Assembly: GCA_973895155.1 (NCBI GenBank)
Contig: OZ316891.1
Location: 29,189,611-29,253,610 of the forward strand
Source: Marsupella aquatica
Lineage: Eukaryota > Plantae > Marchantiophyta
DNA length: 64,000 nt
Reading direction: 5' to 3'
The position numbers and the translations under genes were made by a program. Below are positions 24,152-34,589 of this stretch, piece after piece; the stretch's first letter is position 1, and the number at the start of each line of letters is the position of its first letter. The notes beneath the pieces are model-generated. The model was not told where the DNA came from and did not search any database. It saw only the letters and a list, made by a program, of their open reading frames with translations.

Positions 24152-25213
24152 TATTTCGTCAGCTTTGGCGCCAGTTGTGGAATTTGACAGTCACAATCTA
24201 AGTAACTGCATCTATTGTCCTATTTATGCCGGCATTGTTGAGTGTTGGCAGGGGCTCAACTGACTATTGTGGCCTATTACAGATACGAAGTGAGAACACC
24301 AGTCGTCATCCTGGGAAAAATGTGTTGTGTAATATCGTTTTAAACGGACTGGGGTCCTCAGGTCAAATATAGCACCGTTGGCTTAATTATGCATAAGTAG
24401 TACCGACAGCAGTCGTGCTGTTGTCTTCGACTACTCGACTGCCCTGATGTAAATAGCCATATCTTCGACTGGCTATTTTCTTAACCCTGTTTGCACCAGG
24501 GTTGCAACTGAATGGGCTTGACCGCTTGACCCTTTGTATCGCCTCACTGTTTCTCTATCTCCTTTCCCCAAATTTGAAAGGGTCAAGCATTAATGACATT
24601 GGACTACAGTTTGCACAGAAATGTTCACTCCTTTCTGAGCTTCCGCTTTCTAGAGGAGTTTTGGGCTCGATTGTTCTGTGTATTATTGTGCAATGGCAGG
24701 CTTACCCCCTATCTCTCTCGAGGACCCGTCTCCCGTGAACTACCTTTTCCCTGAAAACAAACCCCTCACTCGTTGCCTAGGTTATTTATCTCAAGTGCAA
24801 GTTTTTCCGGAGTGGACTTGGATTCAAAATTATTGGATATGCAGGGACAGTACACATGCATTTTCTCCAAAATGGAGACAGGTTTTCGCACTTCGAATCC
24901 GTAATAGGCTATGTCCGGAAAGCCCCATATATTGCCTCAACAATTCGGATTCTCATATGAACGTTCTGACTGGATGATCTCTGATAAGGCGCCGGTGAAA
25001 GGGCATGATGAGTAGACGAGAATGTCTGAACAGAGCAAGCCATGCCCTGGGAGTTGCTGAGCCAGTCGTGCGGGAATATGGGGAGTACAGCTCTTACAGG
25101 AAGCTCCAACTGACTAAATATTGGTGAGCTGAAGAGTCCATGAGTCTAGTTAGGAAATTACTACGAGAAGAGCTTACTCAATTGTAAATGACCGATTGAC
25201 TATAGGTGATTAG

Positions 25214-25345
25214 GGGCTGAAATTAGTTCTCTCAAAGCAATGACCCGTTGGTGATTAGCGGCTGAAATTGGTTCTCTCAAAGCAATGTGACCCAAGGCAG
25301 CCTCTTGAAAGCAAGTGCGGACCCAAGGCAGCCTCTTGAAGGCAA
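25214..25345. repeat. Two abutting short duplications
   Basis: GGCTGAAATT(A/G)GTTCTCTCAAAGCAATG twice, followed by GACCCAAGGCAGCCTCTTGAA twice. Confidence 0.85.
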
Positions 25346-26216
25346 ATGCGGAGTAGATACTCCGAGTTGGGGTTTTTTGAACAATCAAGAAATACTTTGC
25401 CAAATTGGTTAAACGTGTAACTCCGATCACGGAAATTGGTGTATTCTGAAGCAGTAAGTTAAATCTCTTCGGATCGTTATAATTATCCATCTCCACCCAA
25501 AATTGATTGAAACTATGAATGGAAATCTGTCAAATTTTATGGGAGTTCATTTCTAATCTCGTACCTCTTGGCGGTGATAACAATTGACATTACTTGCCTG
25601 AAACCGAATGGAGCTATTTGTAATGTAGTCGGATGGAGAAGGACCGCAGTTCAGCTATGGCAACTACTACAAGAAGCGGTGCAACATCTCAGGAAAGGCA
25701 CCACTCAACGTTTCATGCTGAGTGCTTCGCAAGACACAATAGAAACCTTAACTACATCCTCTGTTTGGACCCAACCTGCGTGCCAGGACTTTGGGTCTCC
25801 TTGTGAAATGATCGAGACCTTGCAAACGAGCTCGAATGTGTCTACCAGTCCTGCCGCAAAGCTGCAGCTCCCTGGAACAGCTTGGCGTTTCTCTCAAAAA
25901 GCAGGTGATTAAATTACCAGGAGATATGTGGTAGTCACTTGATAACTATCAAGCTGAGTGCTGAAAACCGGTAGTATCATGGTTGATAACTCGATTCCTG
26001 GATTGACTAAACATGGACAGAAAGTGCGCTGAAAATTTCTCCACTGAGCTGTCTAAAACGATTAAATCTCTTAAGGATTTTTATCTTTGTATCAGTGTTG
26101 GGCGTAATGTGTTCACATGTGCATGAGTCTATGCGGGCCAAAACTGCTACAAGGGCTTTGGGATATGTTTCATTTTCAGTCAGAGGCAGTTCTGTTGGAG
26201 TAGAATGAGGCAATTT

Positions 26217-26549
26217 TGTTGGAAATGAATCACACTCGAACTGATGAGGATGCCAGCATCAAGGGCCTTTAGCTTAGTGGCAGAGCAGTACAATGTACAC
26301 GGGAGGTCCTAGGTTCAATTTCTAGCCGGTCCATGCTGTTGACAATTCCAACTTGGTATCAGAGCCAAAGATCAGGAGTTTCCCTTGTAGCAAGTGTGGC
26401 CCAAGGGAGAGTGTTGGAAATGAACCACATTCGAACTGGTGAGGGATCCAGGCATCAAGGTCCAATAGCTCAGTGGTAGAGCGCTAAGATGTACATGAGA
26501 GGTGCTAGGTTAAATTCCTAGCCGGTCCAAGGAGTTGAAAATTCCAACA
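26217..26549 (+). mobile_element. Complete TRIM (non-autonomous LTR retrotransposon) with tRNA-derived LTRs (Helenus-like)
   Basis: 5' LTR 26217-26353 and 3' LTR 26412-26549 (TGTTGGAA...TTCCAACA). PBS TGGTATCAGAGCC (26354-66, tRNA-iMet type). PPT AAGGGAGAG (26403-11). Perfect 5-bp TSD AATTT (26212-16 / 26550-54). A 71-nt tRNA-like unit sits in each LTR (26263-26333, 26459-26529). Confidence 0.92.
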
Positions 26550-28753
26550 AATTTCCAGAATGGGACAATTTAGAGTTAGAGTCAATTCCTGGCTGGTCCA
26601 TGGTGTTGACAATTTCAACAAATATCCAGAATGGGACAACTTTGAGTTAGAGCAAGACCCCACTGCCTCAACAAGAGTGTCATGAGTCATTCTGTGTTGG
26701 TGGGAGAATCTGTGGTTACGTTTTCTTGGCTTACTTGTTACTAGCTTTCCCCACTTAACAGCAATGATCATCCTTCATTTTATCATTCTTTAAAGTATAA
26801 CTCTAATGTATTGTGCATTTTGGTACAGAGTACACAATACAGGCTGGACTGCCCAATATGCACATTGTAATCTTAGGTTTCCAGGTTTGCTTCTAGTGTA
26901 GAAAAAGAGACTTAAAAACAGGGAAGAGTGGAATCGCTAATGAACTCAAATATACTAATATTCAACAACCTTACTAATGGAAAATTAGCCCCTCAAAACT
27001 TGGATAGAATCCCCCACTTTGGGCCCTTTTACAGCCCACAACGCACTGTTAACAGGTGTGACTAGATCCACAAAATGCACATGGCAACTCATTGGAAAGA
27101 TAGATGTGAGTCTGTATACAGTAATGCTCCTGTCTCGGGCGTTGTAGGCTATAATGTCCCCAAAATTGAGGCTTCACACTAAGTTTGTAGGGGCTATGAT
27201 TGCCCACATGACCTGGTAACAAGGTTAGTACCTTTTATCCCTGAAAATATTGTGTGATCTTACTAGTTTTTATCCTGTTTCTCTTCACACTTCAAGACAA
27301 ACCTAAATTTCATGACAAGTAGAGGAAGAGTCTCAAAATGCCCTTGCAGTGCGTGTGATCGGCATTCTCTTCCATGAAGCTCAGAAATGTACATGGAGGA
27401 AACTCTTGCATGGATTTCAGTTGATAAACTGTTCCTTGAGGCTGTCAATCACAGAATGTCTCACCTTGCATCTAGTGCATTATGCATATTCGGGAGTCAT
27501 GCATTTCTTTTTGCAAGACAAGTAGTAGAATGATTGCAAGAGTAGTAGTGCAAGAAACTCACACCATTCAAGGCCATGAGCACATGGACAAATGTCAAAG
27601 TTAGCACGTCTAGCTGTCCCAGACAAATTCTGTCAAGAATGTAAGTTTTGATTATATCCAACTATTGCAATTCAGGACCACACATAAGCCGTCATAAATA
27701 GACTGTCCCGAAAGCAGAACCTGGTGGATCCAGGTTGCCATAATTAGTTAGAAAATGTTCTTTGCACAGCAAAAAAATGCCTGCTTTGTCCTTCCAGAGG
27801 TTTGGGGTCAGTGGTAATTGAGCTTCTCCTTAAGTGAGGACACTGGCAGTCTAAACAAATATACTAGTCCCTTACTAAATGCAAGCCCTTGAGGGTACCC
27901 ATGGCCCATAGAGTAGTTGCAAATCTCAATAAGTGCAATATTTACTTCAAATCGCACTTATTGATCAATACAATTATAGGGTCTTCTAGTGCCATTTTTG
28001 GTACATGCAAAACTTTCAATTCTTGTACTTGTCAAGAAATTTCAGCCATCAATCAAAGCGATTGAAATGTGAAGGTGAGACCGTATTGTAACTAAAACAT
28101 ACAGATTGAAAAATTGCATTTAAGGGCTCAAAAATTTAGATCTAAAATCTGTGTTCCACAAAAATTGCATCAAAAAAGTGTTGGGGATCTAATTGGACAA
28201 CATGATAGCAGTGTAGGTCAGTCACCTGGGCAAATTAAGAGTGGTCTGGTGTAGGCAGGGTCAGTTTTATAATAGTTTGGATAAGTATGTCCATCCAAGA
28301 CTCCAGAACCAACCTTAATGACTTTTCTTTCCTAGTGAAAACCTGTTTGACCTTGACCAATACTTGAGCCTAACTATGGTAGACCCCAAAGAGACCAAGG
28401 AGGCCCCCACAAACCTAAGAGTCCAAGCCACAACAAAGAGCGAAAAGCCTACAAAGCTAGAAGGGAGGGAGGGTGGAAGGCCAGCCCCCAACATTTCTTT
28501 CAGTTGTGGCAAAATCCCACCTACAGCAAAGTGCTTCTCCACCCGTTTGGATCTCATTATCCAACTTTCCACCAAGCCACAAGGTCTATCCAAAACAGCC
28601 TTAAGGGTACGAGTGTCCTACCACAGGATGTGAGTGGGAGAGCCTTAGTACCTTGCCATCCTGTTTACTGTCATCCTGGTCCAGCAATAAATAAATTATC
28701 ATGAAAATGTTGGAGGTCACTGACAGAACATGTCAGAGTGGTTGTGTTTGGAC

Positions 28754-29030
28754 CAGTGTTTTCTTTTAGTGGTGAAAATTTGCCAAATTCCACCTCCCCA
28801 AAAAACTTTAGCAACTTTTGGCTAAAATTAGTTAGTATCTTTTGGTCTCATTAGCTAGTGTCCCACCTAATCACAGGTCCATTAGCCAGAATCTAATGGT
28901 CCTCCTTAAATCTAGGGAGATCTGAGGGTCAGGAAAATAATCAGATAAGTAATATTTTGAGCATCTTCTCCTGCACACACTGGACATTTGCCACTATGGC
29001 CAAAAAGTAAAATCCTTCAAAAATACGCTG
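28754..29030 (-). mobile_element. hAT-type MITE, family A (copy 3, 277 bp, opposite orientation to copy 2)
   Basis: TIRs CAGTGTTTTCTTTTAG / CTTCAAAAATACGCTG. TSD GTTTGGAC / GTTTTGAC (7/8). Internal CCATTAGCCAGAATCTAA and TTAAATCTAGGGA are the reverse complement of copy 2. Confidence 0.88.
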
Positions 29031-30050
29031 GTTTTGACCCAATTTTAAGCATCCTGATGTAAACAATGACTTGTCAATTGATACTTTAATTCTAGAATTA
29101 AAAAACAAAAACACTAGAATAATGTTTTTGGCATTGCGCTATGTCCTGAAACTGAAGCCCCCAAGCTCCCATAGACCTAAGTATTAGACAAAACGCTCAG
29201 ATGCACCATCATAACCCAGACAGACTCAGAAAGCCCACTGTACTCACACAACACTGTTTCTTTGGGAAAAACCCATATTTTTCTGGTCAAAAGTGATCTG
29301 GCCCTGCCAGGGAAGGCAAAAAGTGAAATATGTTGGGTAGCCTGAACCTTTTCAGAGCTCCACATGTGAAGAAATGGAGAGGGAGTATTTTATATAAGGA
29401 TAAATATAAGGATTAGGTAACATTTTTTTCTTAGGGTTAGAGTTCCATTTGAAGTTTTGAGATAACTAAAGGAGGCGTGAATAGCTGGGGTTTTTCCTAC
29501 TATGGGACTAGAGAAAATAGAGGAGAAGAGGTACGAAAGGGAAAGTGGAGAAACACAAGAGAAAACGAAAATATGCTAAAACAAGAAGAAGTGGCGTAGT
29601 GGAGGATGTGGTTGTGCACTAAATGCATGGGCAAAACTATTGATGGGTTTCAAGCTTCATGAGAGTGGTCCATCCGAAAATTACGTTCTCATTGCCAGGA
29701 ATAAATAATTAAAATATTTCGCGCAGGTCGCAGGGGATGGCACTCGTCACGTGGCCAAATGAACAGTAGCCGGTTAGATGCAGAGCCCGTGTCAGCTGCG
29801 GTTTAAAACTCACCCTGCTTCAGACACCCCAGTAGTGTCTAGACGTGACTGGCCTGTCCCTAGCGAGAGGGCGGGAGGGACGGGGCTGGAGGACCGGCCC
29901 CAGTTTCTGGCACGGCATGACGACGGCCGCCGTTCGCTCGGGTCGCGGGTATACCTCACGGGAGGGACAGTCACGCCGAACACACAAAGGACAGTGGCCA
30001 CGGGACGACCGTTGTGCCGCACAGATGAGGACAGCCGCCACGGGAGGACA

Positions 30051-31400
30051 GTGGAGTGATTTCTCCACTGATTTGTCCACAGCTTCTTCAGTCCATCGAC
30101 GCAAAAGAATGTGGACCGCATCGCCTTTCTTGCCCTCGATCCACTCGCAGCCAGACTGGTAGAGACTTGAGGAGTAGAGTGATTCTTCCACAGCTTCTGC
30201 ATTGCTCAGGCGGGAAGTGTGTGACATTTTTCATCGGGTACAATGCAGAATTTGGACTGCTATAGACTAGAGGAGTAGAGTGATTCCTCCACAGCTTCTG
30301 CAGTGCACAGGCGGGGAAGTGTGTGACATTTTTCATCAGGTACAATGCAGAATTTGGAGTGTTAGAGACTAGAGGAGTAGAGTGATTCCTAGCCTCCACA
30401 GCTTCTGCAGTGCACAGGCGGGAAGTGTGTGACATTTTTCATCTGGTATAATGCAGAATTTGGACTGCTAGAGACTAGAGGAGTAGAGTGATTCCTCCAC
30501 AGCTACTGCACTGCACAGGCGGGAAGTGCGTGACATCATCAGGTATAATGCAAAATTTGTACTGCTAGAGACTAGAGGAGTGGAGTGATTTGTTCACTGC
30601 TTCGGCAGTCCCACAGTTCGGGAACTGTGTGACATTTGTCATCAGGCATTATGCAGAATTTGGGCCGAATTGCCTTTCTTGCCCTCGATCTGCACGACCT
30701 CGACTCCATTCCATTCAGAGAACTGTGGCCAGACCGCTAGAGCTTAGTGGAGTAGAGTGATTCGTCCACAGCTTTTCACTGCATAAGTAGGAACTGGGTG
30801 GCGTTTTCACCTATACTCATAATGGCTTTCTTGCCCTCGATCTGCTCGTACTCGACTCCGTTCCATTGAGAGGAGGGTGGCCAGACATCTAGAAGCTTGT
30901 AGAGGGGTGGAGTGATTCGTGGGCAGCGTGATCTCTGCACGTAAATCACATTCGCATTATTTGCAGCTCATCCCCAACATTAGCGATTCGTCCACAGCTT
31001 CTTCACGGGCTTCTTCACTGTGCAAGCGGGAATTGGGTGACATTTTTATCGACGCGTAATGCAGAATCTGTACTGGGTCACCGTTCTTGCCCTCGATCTG
31101 CTCGCACTCGAGTCAGTTCAATTCGGAGGACGGTGGCCAGACCGCTAGAGCCTCCTAGAAGACTGGAGTGCTTGATCTCTGAACGCAAATCACATTCACA
31201 TTGTTTTTATAGCTCATCCCCAACATCTCCTCCCCCTGGAAGTTCAGCCTCCCTTGCTTCACTAGCCAGCCAGACAGCCCTTTCACTCCCAAAGTCCAAG
31301 CGGGAACTGTGAGACTTCCATCGACGCATATTGCAGAAATTGTACCGGATCTTCTTTGCTGCTCTCGATCTGCTCGTACTCAGCTTTGTTCCATTCAGAG
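30051..31400. repeat. Tandem array: four ~100-bp core units plus longer degenerate units, each core unit an imperfect palindrome
   Basis: Anchor GGAGT(A/G)GAGTGATT at 30171, 30272, 30374, 30480, 30577 and 30749, with a variant at ~30905. The CTTGCCCTCGATC module recurs at ~30130, 30678, 30830 and 31087, with a variant at ~31360. Confidence 0.92.
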
Positions 31401-31629
31401 GAAAGCGTGCCCTCTGCGTGTGATCGACATGATGGTTCCACTCACTCAAAAGCTGTTCTTCTCGTCTAACCGTACTGCGCATATATACTTCTCATCATCC
31501 AACGATGAAGAGGACACGTATCCTTACTTTTTCGGCTCAAGCAACATGCCGGGAGATGTCCAGCTTGTACAAGTTTCATTGTACAAGCTCTACAATGTCG
31601 GGTTCGAGAGGGTAAGTAACGGAAACTGT

Positions 31630-32270
31630 TGGGCCGGGTTTAACCTGACGGGTAAGTTGACGGCTTGCCGGGCATGTCAAACTGTCAAATGACGGCTCGA
31701 AAATGACCAATTTGACGGATATTCCACAATATTCTCCCGAACTCACCCGGACTCCCCCGGACCCTTCCCGGACTCCTCCCGAACTCACCCGGACCCTTCC
31801 CGGACTCCCCCAGACCCGAACCCGGACTCCCCCGGACCCCGGTTCGGGGTGGCAGCCAGCCGGGGCCGGGTCTGGGGTCGGGGCTGGGGGAAGGAGGGCG
31901 GGGTTTAGAGTCCCGGACTCCCCCGTACCTGAACCCGGACCCTTCCCGAACTCCCCCGAACTCCCCCGAAACTCCCCCGAAACACCCCCGACCCTCCCCC
32001 GAACTCCCCCGACCTACCCTGAACTCCCGGTCCCCCGAACCTTGCCCAAACTCCCCCGAACCCGGCCCAGACTCCCCCGAACCCGAACTCCCCCTCGCCT
32101 GAACTCCCCCGAACTCCCCCGAACTCCCCCGACCTCCCCCAAACCTCGCCCGAACCCGGCCCGAATGTCTCCCAAACTTGTCCCGGCCCGGACTGCTCCC
32201 GAACCCGGGTGCCGGGTTGCCGATTTGCCGACGATTTTTGGCCAGTTTGACGGGCAAGGTCAAACCGGGC
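31630..32270. mobile_element. Probable non-autonomous DNA element with an internal array of ~10-bp CCGAACTCCC repeats (~31735-32210)
   Basis: Strongly C-skewed tandem CCG(A/G)AC(T/C)CCC units. The flanks are imperfectly inverted (GCCGGGTTTAACCT..GTCAAACTG versus CAGTTTGAC..AGGTCAAACCGGGC). No TSD identified. Confidence 0.55.
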
Positions 32271-34574
32271 TGTTGGGGCTGGATGGGAATGGCGAAGGGC
32301 TCCCGGTACAGCCAGACAGACAGGCAAAAACGGTACAAGCGAATTTTAAAAGATCGAAGTCGAAAAGGACAGTGAGGGCACTGGATATCATTAAGTTTAG
32401 CTATGACAACTCCTGATCTTGCTGTGGATACAATCACACAGGAAACAAAGGAATGTACCACCATGGCTCTCTTGTACCCATCTTTACTCCCGTCCCCTAC
32501 TCCATAGAACCTGTGGACTCCAAGTTCAGCGAATTTGGCTGGTCGTTGAGGCAAACAGATTTCAGGGATAAAATCAGGAGAGCACCTGGAAAACGCACGC
32601 ATGAGACGGATCCTTCAACTCCGCTAACGGGATTCCCAAGTTCCCGGTGCCACCAAATCACGATCGAGGTTGTTGCGGTGGACGCGCGAGGTTGCTTGTA
32701 CGCCGTGAATTGCGGTCCCACATTTGGGATTGAGACGAACTCCACTCCCTCTACTGACTACAAACTGCATTTCTGAAAATTAAATGAGCGTGAAGAGTAT
32801 CTTTGCCGATGGCTTTCAAAGCTGCATGAGGATTCGATTGGAGACCCCAGTTTCCAATGCGCCAACAGCGGAAGACTCAAAACCTCAGTTTCCGTTGCGC
32901 AAACAGCGTGAAGTTTCCGACTGAAAACAGTGCGGTAAGTTTGACACTACTTTGATCCAAACCACTCCATCGAGAGCCGAGTAGATCACACTTTGACCCA
33001 TCCGACCTCCACAACGTTATTATAGAGGAGTCAAGGGGATAATATCGCAGAGGTAAACGTTGTGAGCTGGAATGGAAATTAAACTGGATTAATTAAATTG
33101 CAACACATATGTAGTCATGTGTAACGCCTCCAGGGGTCACGAATGTTTGGCAGTATACTGTCTTTCTACGGTATTAACTAATTGGGCTTTGTGACTGCAA
33201 ACGTTAATGTTAAATCCAGATGCTTTTCGTAAAATACTTTTCTATGACATGCAGAAAGCCCTCCCGCCGCTCGGAAGAATTTTATCGTACGCCACCAACT
33301 GTACATTTTTGGCATGACTTGCTGTACTTAGCAGAGTGGTCCCTCGAGACTTCTACTTGGACCAGTTTGGTCACCACTTTGACTCTCTGGTGCTCTTTGA
33401 TTGGTTTCCATTCCTGAATTATGCACTAAAGATTGGTGAGCATCTTCTGTGACAAGGACCTTTTGTGACAGAGTTTCCTGGGTCTTAATTTCCTGAGAAC
33501 GTGCGTTCTACAAAGTACTCACGCTTTTTGGCATCTCTGGGTCTGGTTCACGTCTCCCAAGTTCTTTTCGATTTGTGGCCCGGTTTGATTCTTTGATGGA
33601 TGGCTTGGAGAGTCCTGTTCCACAATGAGAACGTACGTGCATGGAGGGCCATAAGTTACTGTGATAGTATTTCTAGTGTACATGAAATGCTTCGGAAGTG
33701 AGTCCAATTTATTACCTTCACAAGCTCTCCCGACTCCCGCAAGCTCTAGATTGTCTCGTAGCTGTCAAAGCGAAGAGGCAATATATTGACATTTATGACC
33801 CATACATTCATTGAGAATGATGGAATTCTGCTGGAAGTTTTGTCGACAATCACGAGCTTTTATTTGCGGAATTTTGCAATGCTCTTTGTCAGACGGGCGA
33901 CACAGATTTAGATGAGCCGCATTCAAGTATGCAAGACTTTAATATCGAAAGCGCAAAGGACTTACTGCAGCGCAGAAAAGGTAATAGAAATCAATCATTA
34001 CAAAACGAGCAGGGAGCAGTCCTCTAATACGTCGTAGTGCACAGTAGAGAGCGAATGGTGAAATACTCCAATTCCTCCGCTATCCGTCCACCCATCAGGT
34101 ACTTACTGTATTGTACATAGAGAAGGGAGAATCTCTTGAGACCTCCACCATCCATCAGACTGTACAATGAGAAGGGAGAAGGTATGGAATCCCTCCATCC
34201 CACACATCAATCACAAGATTTACAGTAGAGTAGATCGGCAACGGAATGATGAATGTCCAGCCGTCCAGCGCCCCCTCTGACGTACATAAGAGAGGGACGA
34301 CAGCGTTCTCCAACCCATAAATCCATCGAGAGATATACTCAATGGATAAACCGAAGAATGGGAGCTTGAAAGGATAGGGTGAGGGGATGAATGCGCAGTA
34401 CTACTATCACTACGATTCCTGGGCTTTTCCGAAATGAATGTCAGAAAAGAAGGGCTACGAGGTCGGCAATCCGTTCGTCATCACGGGTCGCCGTTTTCCT
34501 CTTGGGCTGTTGAGCACTTGATTCCTACAGTGAGTAGAGTAGAGCTGCTCCCGGAGATGCTAGGCAGTGGTGAT

Positions 34575-34589
34575 TGCATGCATGCATGC
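34575..34589. promoter_or_regulatory. Overlapping RY elements (CATGCATG) upstream of the CLV1-like gene
   Basis: TGCATGCATGCATGC ~1.7 kb upstream of the ATG. RY is the known B3-domain (ABI3/VAL) site; function here is inferred. Confidence 0.35.

Noticed and set aside
26241-26265. Hammerhead ribozyme (CTGATGA plus a short stem) in the LTR, as in retrozymes
   Set aside because: No GAAA follows the stem, and the 3' LTR reads CTGGTGA without the stem.
26263-26529. Two functional tRNA genes
   Set aside because: The anticodon arms are non-canonical, the acceptor stems are incomplete, there is no poly-T terminator, and both lie inside LTRs.
30051-31400. CRISPR-like array
   Set aside because: Whole units are homologous with no unique spacers, there are no cas genes, and the context is eukaryotic.
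31685-32602. Pro-rich (extensin-like) and Gly-rich ORFs of 237 and 305 aa
   Set aside because: They are by-products of a stop-poor 10-bp repeat open on both strands, with no signal peptide or SPPPP motifs.
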